Below are positions 11,592 to 21,429 of a stretch of DNA of 64,000 nucleotides, piece by piece. Source of the stretch: Pristiophorus japonicus. Its lineage: Eukaryota. Location of the stretch: the NCBI RefSeq assembly GCF_044704955.1, contig NC_091999.1:11656001-11720000 (forward strand), written 5' to 3'. The position numbers and the translations under genes are program-made. How positions within the stretch are numbered: position 1 is the stretch's first letter; each line of letters starts with the position of its first letter. Below the pieces are notes generated by a model. The model saw only the letters and a list, made by a program, of their open reading frames with translations, did not search any database and was not told the origin of the DNA.

Positions 11592-12079
11592 GGGATCATG
11601 GCACAGAAATACACGGCTGTGTTGGAGATCAGAGCTTTGCTGATCATTAGCTCGGTAAACTTGATAGTGTTATTGAACCTACAAGAGAATCGGTCAGTGA
11701 AGTCAGGGTTCCTGTTGACTATCCCAGCATAGAGATACAATACGAACTGTGGAGGCTGCCCGGGGTGCTGACTGTACTAGTACACATAAGAGGCAGTGTT
11801 GCTTGTTTTCAAGGTGCACGTTAGTGTGACATTACTTTCCTCTTCAATCATCATTTCAGGAATTGTCTGCTCCACTGTATCTTGGTGGCTCCATTCTAAC
11901 ATAAAGTAACAGTAATAGGCATCGTCATCATCAACTCGATCAACATAATCATCAGGATCATTTAACCAATTATCACTTCGGGTTTGCAGCATTCAGGAGG
12001 AGAATGGATTTGCAGTGGGAATGGAATACTTACAGAGAAGTGATACAATGATGAGGAGCAGTGCGAGACGGTTCCGCAT
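11592..12079 (-). pseudogene. TCR V pseudogene (V5), inverted paralogue of V1
   Basis: Leader 12034-12079 MRNRLALLLIIVSLL; V exon from 11895; conserved Trp codon is TAG (11777-11779); splice junction T+AA would also give a stop; ends NTAVYFCAMI. Confidence 0.92.
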
Positions 12080-12855
12080 GATGCTCCTTCAGTCTGTAAC
12101 TCTGCAGTCCTCGAAATCTTCTGTCGGAGCAGAAATATAAATCGGTGCCCCACTGCACTGCTGATCCAACCAATGCCAAAGAAGGAACAGAGGTGGCAAT
12201 CTCTCTAATTACACAAGGCGGGTCAGAGCGAAAGCAACAAATGAATCTGTTGACGCCGCTGCCGGGCAGTGTTAAGGCGAGTTTTGTCTCTAAAACTTTC
12301 AGTTGATAAACGGCAACAAAAATGTGAACATGGTGCCCTCTGGCGGTGATGATGAGAACTGTACATTTTCAGGATAATGGCCAGAACATAGTCGGAGTTA
12401 ATCGATGGCGCAGTTTCCAGATTCCGCGTTTCGAGAGAGACAGTTCAGACAAATAAACTGTGTAAATAGGTGTACGGGTAATATCAGTGAGCTTGAAGGA
12501 AAGGGTATTGTACTTGATTTCTTAACCTCTTTCTTTATGGCTTTCTGTTACATTTAACATTTCTGTTTTTCACTCGTTACTTCTCACTTTATTGCATGTC
12601 TCTTTCATCCTTCCTTTATTTGCCGTGCGCTGCACCTATTATTACATTGATTTTTCACTTTCGCTCATTCTTTCGTTAGCACCTTCTCTTTGTCTGTGTT
12701 TCTAACTCTCTTCATTTCAGAATTTTGTTAAATCTCTCTCTTCCACATTTCCTCTCTTTTTCTGTGCTCAGTCCCTCTGCCCTCCGGTTATTATAATCAC
12801 CCTCTCCTTATCCCGTTACTTGAAAGAGAGCAGCGCGGTGCTCCCGCTCGGTGCA

Positions 12856-12894
12856 GGTTTCTGTGCGGACTCTATGCCTGTTTGTTACACTGTG
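12856..12894 (-). promoter_or_regulatory. 23-RSS of V6 (CACAGTG-23-ACAGAAACC)
   Basis: Consensus heptamer 12888-12894, nonamer 12856-12864. Confidence 0.95.
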
Positions 12895-13231
12895 GGCTCA
12901 CGGCGCAGAGATAGGTGGCACTGTCTGTCACTCGCGCAGTTCTCACGGTCAGGGTGCTGAGTTTATTGCCTCCCTCGAGTGAAGCAGTGATCCTCCCGTG
13001 TTGATCGGCCCCACTTGTGGCCATCACCAGGTGCTGGAGGGTCTGATTCGGTTGCTGTCTGTACCAGCGCAGGACAGTAAATGCAGCGGTAGTGCTGCAA
13101 TTTATAGACACGATTCCCTCTTCATTAACACCCACCGACCGAGGGAGCTGCTTCACCTCATTATCTCCGCTCACAACCGTGCAGATCAGAGCATAAATCA
13201 GCAGGGAAACTCTGTCAATCCGGAACACCAT
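12895..13231 (-). CDS. TCR alpha-type V segment (V6); leader and V in one exon
   Basis: Continuous frame MVFRIDRVSLLIYALICTVVSG-DNEVKQ..VSINC..LRWYRQ..DSATYLCAVS; a further in-frame ATG at 13261. Confidence 0.9.
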
Positions 13232-13399
13232 CGGATCAGGCGGAAAGGAGGCTGAAAGCATTGTACACGCAGGACGGATTGCTCCTAGGGTAGGGATATT
13301 ATATTCAGGAGAATTAACAAGGAGAGAGATAACAATTCAGAGGTTTATTCCTGTCGAACTAACGAAACAAGCTTTTCGTAGGTTTACCCAACCCGGGCC

Positions 13400-13997
13400 A
13401 TCACACTCAGTGTTTCTCACGAACAGCAGCTCACACTGTCTCTGAGCTCACACCCACCATTCACACACAGTATTTTTCATTGACAGCAGTTCATAATGTC
13501 TCTGAGCTCACACCGGGCCGCCCACGCTCAGTGTTTCTCACTGACAGCAGCTCACACAGTCTCTGAGCTCACACCCACCGCCCACACTGAGTGTTTCTCA
13601 CTGACAGCAGCTCACATTGTGAGCCCACACCCATCGTCCACACTCAGTGTTTCTCACAGACAGCAGCTCACACTGCCCCTGTGCTCACCCCGAGCCACCC
13701 ACAGTCAGTGTTTCTCACTGACAGCAGCTCACACGGTCACTGAGCTCACACCGGTCCGCCCACACTCACTGTTCCTCTCTGACCGCAGCTCACACTGTCT
13801 CTGAGCTCGCACCCAGCGCTCACACTGAGTGTTTCTCACTGACAGCAGCTTACACTGTCTCTGAGCTCACAGCGGGACGCTCACACTCAGTGTTTCTCAC
13901 TGACCGCAGCTCACACTGTCTCTGAGCTCACACCCACCGCTCACACTCAGTGTTTCTCACTGACAGCAGCTCACACTATCTCTGAGCTCACACCGGG
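13400..13997. repeat. ~60-bp minisatellite, about 10 copies
   Basis: Unit TCACACTCAGTGTTTCTCACTGACAGCAGCTCACACTGTCTCTGAGCTCACACCCACCGC. Confidence 0.95.
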
Positions 13998-14982
13998 CTG
14001 CAGTTCAACCGCCCCTCCTCACTTTCATTTGAGCCCTATTTTTGGAATCATACTCTGTAATTTTTAAAACACAGTTTACAAATTGTTCGACAGCAGTGTC
14101 GCTTCACATCCCCCTCCGGTGGCTGTTGTCTAAATCTCATTCAAACTTTCGGTGTACTGAATGTAACGTGGATTTGTCTGTCAGGACACCGCGAGATTTT
14201 TCACCCGTTTTTATGTGCCTTATATAATACAGAATCGAGACACTCTTTAGGAATTCATCCTCAATAAATTTTAGAAGCTTAAAACACAACAAAGGCTCCC
14301 TGCACCCTTTAATAATTCTCTAATACCTCACTATGCTTCCTTTATAAAATAATAATTGATGGAGTCTACATCACAAACAGCGGCTGACAGAGTATTCCCC
14401 GTTCTGACCTCCCTTAAATGAGAATCCATTTGAAGAATACATTTCAATCGAAGCTTTTTGCCATTTCGAGCATTTCTGGGATGTGTCTGACATTGTGGGT
14501 GAGGCCGGTAATGGAGAGACGGAATCCTCCCCCACTCCCAGCATCAGATGATGAGATGTGCGGGACAAGGCAGGCCAGCACATGGAGCCTGTGTGCCGGG
14601 GCCACGAGCAGTGATGATGAACACAGACAGCTGCAATAATCACCGGCAGCTCATTGAGACCAGGTTCCGGGTTTGATTCCAGAAATTTCGGGGACTGCGT
14701 GTGCTGACGGAAACACTTCAAATTCTTCCCTTCATTCCGAAAGCTGCAACTGAGAGGAGGCACCGTATGAAGTGCGGCGTCCCAGTGTGGGGAGACTGCC
14801 GCTATTATGGAGTCTATCCATCTATCCATTTTATTGCCTCTAAACATGCCTGTCAACTTGTCTGCCCGCCAGCCTGTGTCACTCGATCTATCTGTCTGTC
14901 TGTCTTTCTTTATTTCCTTATGTCTGTCTCTATGTCTCTGTTTATTAACCTGCCTAACTATCAATATCTAGCCATTAATCTG

Positions 14983-15408
14983 ATGCTTGCTCGTTCTGGC
15001 TCTTCGTCTCCCTGTATATATTCAAAGTGATAGACAGATATATTCTCAAAGAAAGAGAAGCGTGTGGTCTGTGCTTTACGCTGTTTCCATGGGTAACCAG
15101 GATTGTTTTATGCAGGATTAAGTTCTGGAGACCTTCGATCAGTGGCCTACAGAAGACCAATAACTGGAAGGAACCTCAATGAGCATTACTTGTAACAATT
15201 GCACCGCCCAAGTGATCTACTACTTCGAGCTTTACCGTCAGAGCCAGTACAAGGCTCCCACTCTCGTAATTCGAATACATTCCTATGGAAAGAACGAAGT
15301 TAACGGCGGTTTCTCTGGCATTCTGAAAAAGTAGAAAACTATCGCTGTTGTCACCCTGACTGAGCTGCAGCTCGCAGACAGCGCCGTGTTCTACTGCGCA
15401 CTGAGGCC
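14983..15408 (+). pseudogene. TCR V pseudogene (V7) with decayed RSS
   Basis: Frameshifted leader near 14983; acceptor 15114-15115; MSITC..YRQ..LADSAVFYCALR with two stops; heptamer CATAGTG 15409-15415; nonamer degenerate. Confidence 0.88.
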
Positions 15409-16061
15409 CATAGTGAGAAGGGCCTCGGGACATCTCGTATTGCAATCGTGTTCTGTGAGATCAGCTCAATGGAGATGCTATAATCCCGGCCACCAGGTGG
15501 CGCTGACAGAGCACGAATTCCAACGCCAGTCACTTGACATCAACCAATACTGACTAACGCTTTCTCAATGTAAATTAAGGTGAAATTATGTTTTAAATTA
15601 TATTTATGCCCATTAATGTTTTGCAATCCATTATAGTTTAATAATTTTAGACGTTCTGGATCGATTGCAGTTTTGTTCTGTTTCCCACCGCCAGCTCCAG
15701 CCCTTGGTTACAAACCACTTCACTGATGACGATTTAATTAACTGTTGAAGAATATAATCCTGAAATTCCTATCGCTGGCCTGTTTGCCTAAAATTTTTAA
15801 CGCATATGAAAGTAGCACAGCCCTTTCAGGAGGCAGAATTATATCATTTCAGAAGGGACATTATTATTTAATTCTGTCCTCACAATTGGATCCTACGTGT
15901 GCCAACACTGCCCGTGGCAACCCGCCCACAGCTTCCGTTTGCTGCTCACGTTCTCACCTACCTTGCCTGCCTTGTGCTATTGTAGAGATTGCTGCCGCTG
16001 TTCCCTGTTTGGCATTGCAGTGCATCGGGGATCTGTATTTATGCTCCGACAGAGTACTTCC

Positions 16062-16539
16062 CACTTATATTAAGGTAACCATACTTTCTAGACGTGTCAG
16101 CAGCCGCCTGACAATGTCCTGAGATTTTATCTCCCTTCAGTGCTACTGCTTTGTTAATTATCCAGCTTGGAGGCTGTGCCGGTTTCTGCCACTACCATTG
16201 CCTGGTGTTTATAACCACGGCTGTGTATTCGCAATCTAACTCCACAGAACCCCCTGCTGGCACCGCAATTGTCATCGCAGATTGTATTATTGGATCTGCA
16301 CATAGTCCGCCTGTGAAGATAGGGGAACAGAAGAGCAGAAGGTTAAATCTAAACTTGTGTCTATCTGTTCGAGAGTGTATCACCGTCCATCTACACAGCT
16401 GTCCCTCATTTGAATATATATCTGGTCGGTAATTGAACGAAATCCCTGCACAAACTCTTTGCATCAATCTGCTAACCCGTGTTTATAATGTAATCCCGTA
16501 CTTACTGTCCAACAGGGCCGCCAGTGTTATTAGAAACAT
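16062..16539 (-). pseudogene. 3'-truncated TCR V pseudogene (V8)
   Basis: Leader MFLITLAALLD/GTAAG; exon from 16310 (DPIIQS..SVELDC..QW*WQKP..YGYLNISG); no second Cys and no RSS. Confidence 0.82.
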
Positions 16540-17619
16540 GTCCGACTGAATCCCTTTCAGTGACTTGGAATTGACTGAGGCATAGATTGAGAAGGAGAGA
16601 GTTAACCCGGGGCCTGTTCAACTCATTGTTCCTCCCACACTCTGCATCGTACGGCCTCATTTTGACCTCATTCAGGCTTCAATCGCTATTGGCTTTGGCG
16701 TTTGTAATACGTGTCTTTCTAATTGCAGTTCTTGAGTTTAGCGCTCTCTTCTGGCAGATTGGGTTACATCCGGCTTAGTATGAGGTCACTGAGGCGATTT
16801 AGAGTTTATGGTCATATATAAAAACTCGAGTGGCAGATATTGTCTCTCAAATATCAAGGTTGCAGATGATCAATTCGTTCATGATTTCTCATGCGGTGTA
16901 ATTCCTTAATTACGCTCTCATTCTACCTGTTCCCAGTCACTTGCTCAGTAAGCAGGAGGAGATTGACCACAGACGTGATGAAGTAGCGAACAAAGGAGCT
17001 GTGTGATGAGTGGATGAATTGGAGAAGAAAAGAACAGTGAGCTGATTGGATGAATTGGAGACCAAAGTAGCCGTGAGCTGATTGGGTGAATTGGTGAAAT
17101 GGCAGCTGAGAAATGATTGGATGAATTAGATTAAAAAGGAGCTGTGAGTTGCTTGGCTGAATTGGAGAACAAAAAGATGTGCGTTGATTGGATGTCACCT
17201 GTTTGACGCTGTCAGGAATGAACCAATCGGCAGAGATGTCAGATATCATTTAATATCCATCCAAGCCTTGAGTAAAATATTTCAGGTTGAACCCGTCTTG
17301 CTCAAATCTGCCATCAACTCTCTGCAAACATGTTGGCTGTTACTTTATATTCAGTTGTCACACTTGCGGCTCTCTCAACTGGTAAAGGCTACAAATTACA
17401 TTATCTTCTCTCTCGCATGTGTGACTGACATAGAGAATCTTCACTTTACCTGTATTTTCCCTCTATTTGCTGTATATTCCATTACCTTGATGATATCAGT
17501 TATAATAAAAGGATAATAAAAGTATAAAATTGCCTATTTCTCAATGTCTGCAAGTGTTAGTTGTGTATACTCGGACACAGAGGGGCTGGTAACATCGATT
17601 CATTTTGAAGCAGATGTGG

Positions 17620-17820
17620 TTTCTCCCTACTTGCTCCTCATAATTTTGAATACTTCTATTAGGTCTCTCCTTAATCTTCTATGCTTTCAAGTGTACAATC
17701 CCAGCTTCTCCAATCTCTCCACATAACTGACGTCCCTATCGCCTGGTAAACCTCATTGTACCCTCTCCAGGTCGTTGACATCCTTGCAAAAGTCTGGTGC
17801 CCAAAGTTGTAGACAATAGA
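17620..17820 (-). mobile_element. Old CR1-like LINE fragment
   Basis: Degenerate match to the RT C-terminal region. Confidence 0.55.
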
Positions 17821-18062
17821 GAAAGGACAAAAGGGGAGTGAAGGTGGCTAACACCTCATTTGGGCAGTACGTTTTTATTATAAATACGAGTTGAAATCAT
17901 CAACAAATTCCTCATGAGGACTTCACCTGTTTTGTTGAATATTGTGACTTGTTACTCTTTTAAGGATGTTCCCATGACTTTCGCTGTCGGTGCTGAATTA
18001 TCACTTCTGTGTATCTGTATAAGAGCGCACTCTGGCGGGCGCTAACTGGAACTCTCAGTGTG

Positions 18063-18102
18063 GGTTTTTGTACGGAATCCGCTATATCTCTGCAGCAGTG
18101 TG
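18063..18102 (-). promoter_or_regulatory. RSS of V9 (CACACTG-24-ACAAAAACC)
   Basis: Heptamer 18096-18102, nonamer 18063-18071. Confidence 0.93.
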
Positions 18103-18531
18103 GGGCTCATAGCACAGAAATACACAGCGGTGTCGGAGACAAAAACTCCGGTGATAGTTAAAGGAACCGTTTTGTTGTCCTTGTGCAAAACAGCAGAGAA
18201 CCTGTCTGGGAAATCTGGAGACTGCTCTACCATCCCCGAGCTATATATCTTCAGTAAATATCTCAGAGTTTCCCCGGAATACTGGATGTACCAGAACAAA
18301 GTTGAACCAGCTTCCGAGTAACTGCAACTCAGTATTATGGTCTTTCCTTCTGTAACCGTAAATTCAGACGGATCCTGGGACACTGATTCTTGGCGACTCG
18401 TTCCTGTAAATATAGAGCATATATGAAAATCTGGGTGTAAACATAACCCATGAAACACACACTGATTATTTTCACATCTACTCACCAGAGAGCATGAAAA
18501 TTATTATCAGAAAGGAAAATACTGAGAACAT
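18103..18531 (-). CDS. TCR alpha/delta-type V segment (V9), intact; exons 18486-18531 and 18103-18403
   Basis: Leader MFSVFSFLIIIFMLS/GTGAGT; TTTACAG acceptor; IILSC..LFWYIQ..DTAVYFCAMS open frame. Confidence 0.94.
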
Positions 18532-19234
18532 GGTTTAGAGTTCGAAGGAAAATACAGAATATTTTAAATATGTTGACGTTTATAGTCTGATATGAAATAA
18601 AAAACTGAGATCAGGGGCAGACTACTATTAGCGGGGAAATGAGGCACATTGCCAGGGACAGGATTGGCTGGTCTCTCAGAACTAACACCAGCTGTGGACC
18701 AATCATTTAATTTTTTTCCTCCCTCCCCCTTTCTCTCTCTCAGAAAGGTGAAACGCGAAATATAATCTAAACCAGTTTCTATCCCCGCTATCACTGAGTT
18801 CCCTCTACAGCTAATGAGCAGCTTTGCTAGTCATAGCCTGAAGACTACGAGGGACGTGATAAGTGAGCAGCCCTCTGCACCGCCGAGATAGCTGTTAAAA
18901 TGTTACCTGAAGGATCTGCATCATATGCAGGACTTTTATTTGTAGAGATTGATCCTGTTATTCATCTCAGAGATGTGAAGGTCTATGCGAACAATAGGGG
19001 TGGACATATTCGAAATTAACCCTGGGTTAAATTGGTTCAGAAATTTCACTTATTCCAACATTAGCAGCAAAACATTACCTGGAGGAACCCAATTGGACCA
19101 GGCTGTATTTCCCCATTAATTTTCTGTATAATACCTCGGAGATTCAATCCCTGGTATTTGCCGAAGCTGCAGCACAACCCCCCCCCCCCCCCCCCCCCAC
19201 TTCACCCACTCCCTCCTGATGCCGACCTGTGCCC

Positions 19235-19332
19235 TGTTTCTGTAACAGGCCCGAGATGCCCTTATTCGCTGTGGGTCTCAGAGCGCAGTAATACTCGGCG
19301 CCGTCTGCGATCTTCAAACCTTTCATGGATAT
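19235..19332 (-). pseudogene. 5'-truncated V fragment (V10) with 23-RSS (CACAGCG-23-ACAGAAACA)
   Basis: ISMKGLKIADGAEYYCALR; heptamer 19267-19273, nonamer 19235-19243; a short CR1-like piece abuts the truncation. Confidence 0.85.
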
Positions 19333-20509
19333 ATTCTGAGGAAGATGCTGAGGGAGCTTGACACGGTAGATGCAGAGAGGATGATCCCCTCGCCTTCACA
19401 TGGTCCACCTCCAACTCTTCCCTTCCCTTCCCTTCCGTGACTTCTCTGTCTCCATTTCTGGGAATAGACTATTGGCAAACATTCACTATAAGCCCTCTGA
19501 CTCCCACAGCTATCTGGACTACACTTCCTACCACCCCGCATCTATCTCTATCTCTCTCTGTTGACATCGATAAATGACTTTCTCTCGCTAACTATGCATC
19601 CATTTTATACATAAATATCCACATTTCTGTATCTGTGTATCTCAATTGTTTGTATCGATCTCTCCATCTCTCCTTTATCTGTATAGCTACCGATCCATCC
19701 GCAATGCATCCTTACACAGGACTGGGAGGAGATTGCCCTGCATAAAACCCACTCCGCCACCCAATGCTTTTTTTATAAGGTTTCATGTTAAAAGGAAAGA
19801 CACCATTGGTTTGGTGCAAATCCCCAACACTTACGCACTGAAAATGCTAAACTATGACTTTCTGGTAGATCAAACTTCAAAGAAACAGTTACAAAAACAG
19901 AAAAAATTACGACACGTCCCCTTTGAAACTGAACAGCAATTGCTTGTGGTGAAACACTGAGAAACAGTCTTGTTTCATTCTGTCTTTGACTATAAAATCC
20001 TTTGTTCCCTAACCATTCTAGCCCAGTACTTGTAAGGCCCACGATAAGACCTCTCCTATCATGTTGCTGGACTGTAAGGAGCACTGCAATTGTCAACTCT
20101 CTCTGACGCCCTCATCGGTTCAAAGGTTGAATACATCACCTAGATCTGGGGCGTGACTGCTAGTAACTCGTTCACAACCTTGCACGGGAAACATGGAAAC
20201 ACGAAAACGTTTGCTTGATATATAATCCTTCTCTCAACTCTGGTTTCCAAACTCTATTTCCCCCTCTTGCTTACTTCTCTCGTTTTTATCTGTGCTCCAG
20301 GGTCAGTTTGTCTTGGTTGATTTGATTCTACCACTCTGAGTCAGGAGGTTATAGATACGAGTCCAACTCCAGAGACATAAGCACATAATCTACACCGACA
20401 CCCCGAGAGCAAGATCGATACATAAACAGATACAGAGGTAGAAATTTAGAAAGTGTCTGGTAATTGGATAGATAAATAACAGATAGTAGTAGTGGTGGAC
20501 AGGCAGAAT

Positions 20510-21083
20510 GCTAGAAATTGGCCAGCCTTGCGCCCGTCTTTTCGGTGATATTTCGTCTTTTTTGATGGTAAAAGGTGCTCACCTTAATTGGCCAAAGTTG
20601 TGCGCCAGCGGTTTGTAAATCCCGCTGAAAAGCGGAGCCCCATCATGCAATGGCAAAAAAATGTGATAGCACTTTAAATTTGCCGTTCATCGCACGCGCA
20701 TTCTGCGCAAAAAAAATCCACCAGGTAAAAAGCTGCACTGCAGCCTCAGAAATAGGTAAGTACGAAGACCTGCAAAAAGACTAAGTTAAAGTTAAAATTT
20801 GTTAAATCTTTTGCAGCGATTAATTAGGTAAGGGCCTTGTAAAAGTTTCGTGAGTTTTGATGTCTTTTTGCTTTGCAATTTTTTTGTCTCTTCCCCCTGC
20901 CTCCCAGAGCCTGTCTTTTTAGCGGTAATCGGCCTCAGACTAAAGTTGGCGAGGACCGTGATTTTAACCGCGAATCCTATTGCAATGCCGATTTGTACCT
21001 TCGGACGCATTGCGTTGCCAATTTTACTTCTCTGCTCAAAAGTGTCGAAAAATATGGATTTTGCAAAAAGTTCAATTTCTCGC
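20510..21083. mobile_element. Putative non-autonomous DNA transposon (MITE-like)
   Basis: Imperfect terminal inverted repeats GCTAGAAATTG / CAATTTCTCGC (10/11); CpG-rich interior with no credible ORF. Confidence 0.45.
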
Positions 21084-21429
21084 TCAAATGGACAATTATG
21101 AAGTACAGGAGTAATTGGTGTTGATAAATGCATGCATAAATTAGTTACAAATGGACACACAAGCCGACATCGGAGTGATTGCATTACAGACAAGTTAAAC
21201 CTGTTTTAATTTGTGGAGTATTCCCTCAGCTGAAACATCTGGCCCAAACAAGGTTGCTCTGGATATTCTGTCTGTAGTATACGCTCTCCAAACTTAATGT
21301 GGAACAGTAGAAAGTGAGAATTTAGAAATTTAAACTTAATCCTGGCAATGTGGGGGGCGGGAAAGGTGTGATGAGTGTGGCTGTTTCTAAAACGTAACAC
21401 AATGCAGCCATGCCGTCTTCATTGAAAAT

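Noticed and set aside
13400-13997. CRISPR-like array or array of D segments/RSSs
   Set aside because: No unique spacers, eukaryotic context, and no nonamer at 12 or 23 nt from the heptamer-like motifs
1707-19332. IgH-like, NAR-TCR or pre-joined VDJ segments; J or C exons
   Set aside because: No FGxG/WGxG J motif, 12-RSS or constant exon was seen; the V segments end in YxCA followed by 23/24-RSSs as in ordinary TCR alpha/delta V. Alpha versus delta cannot be assigned from this window
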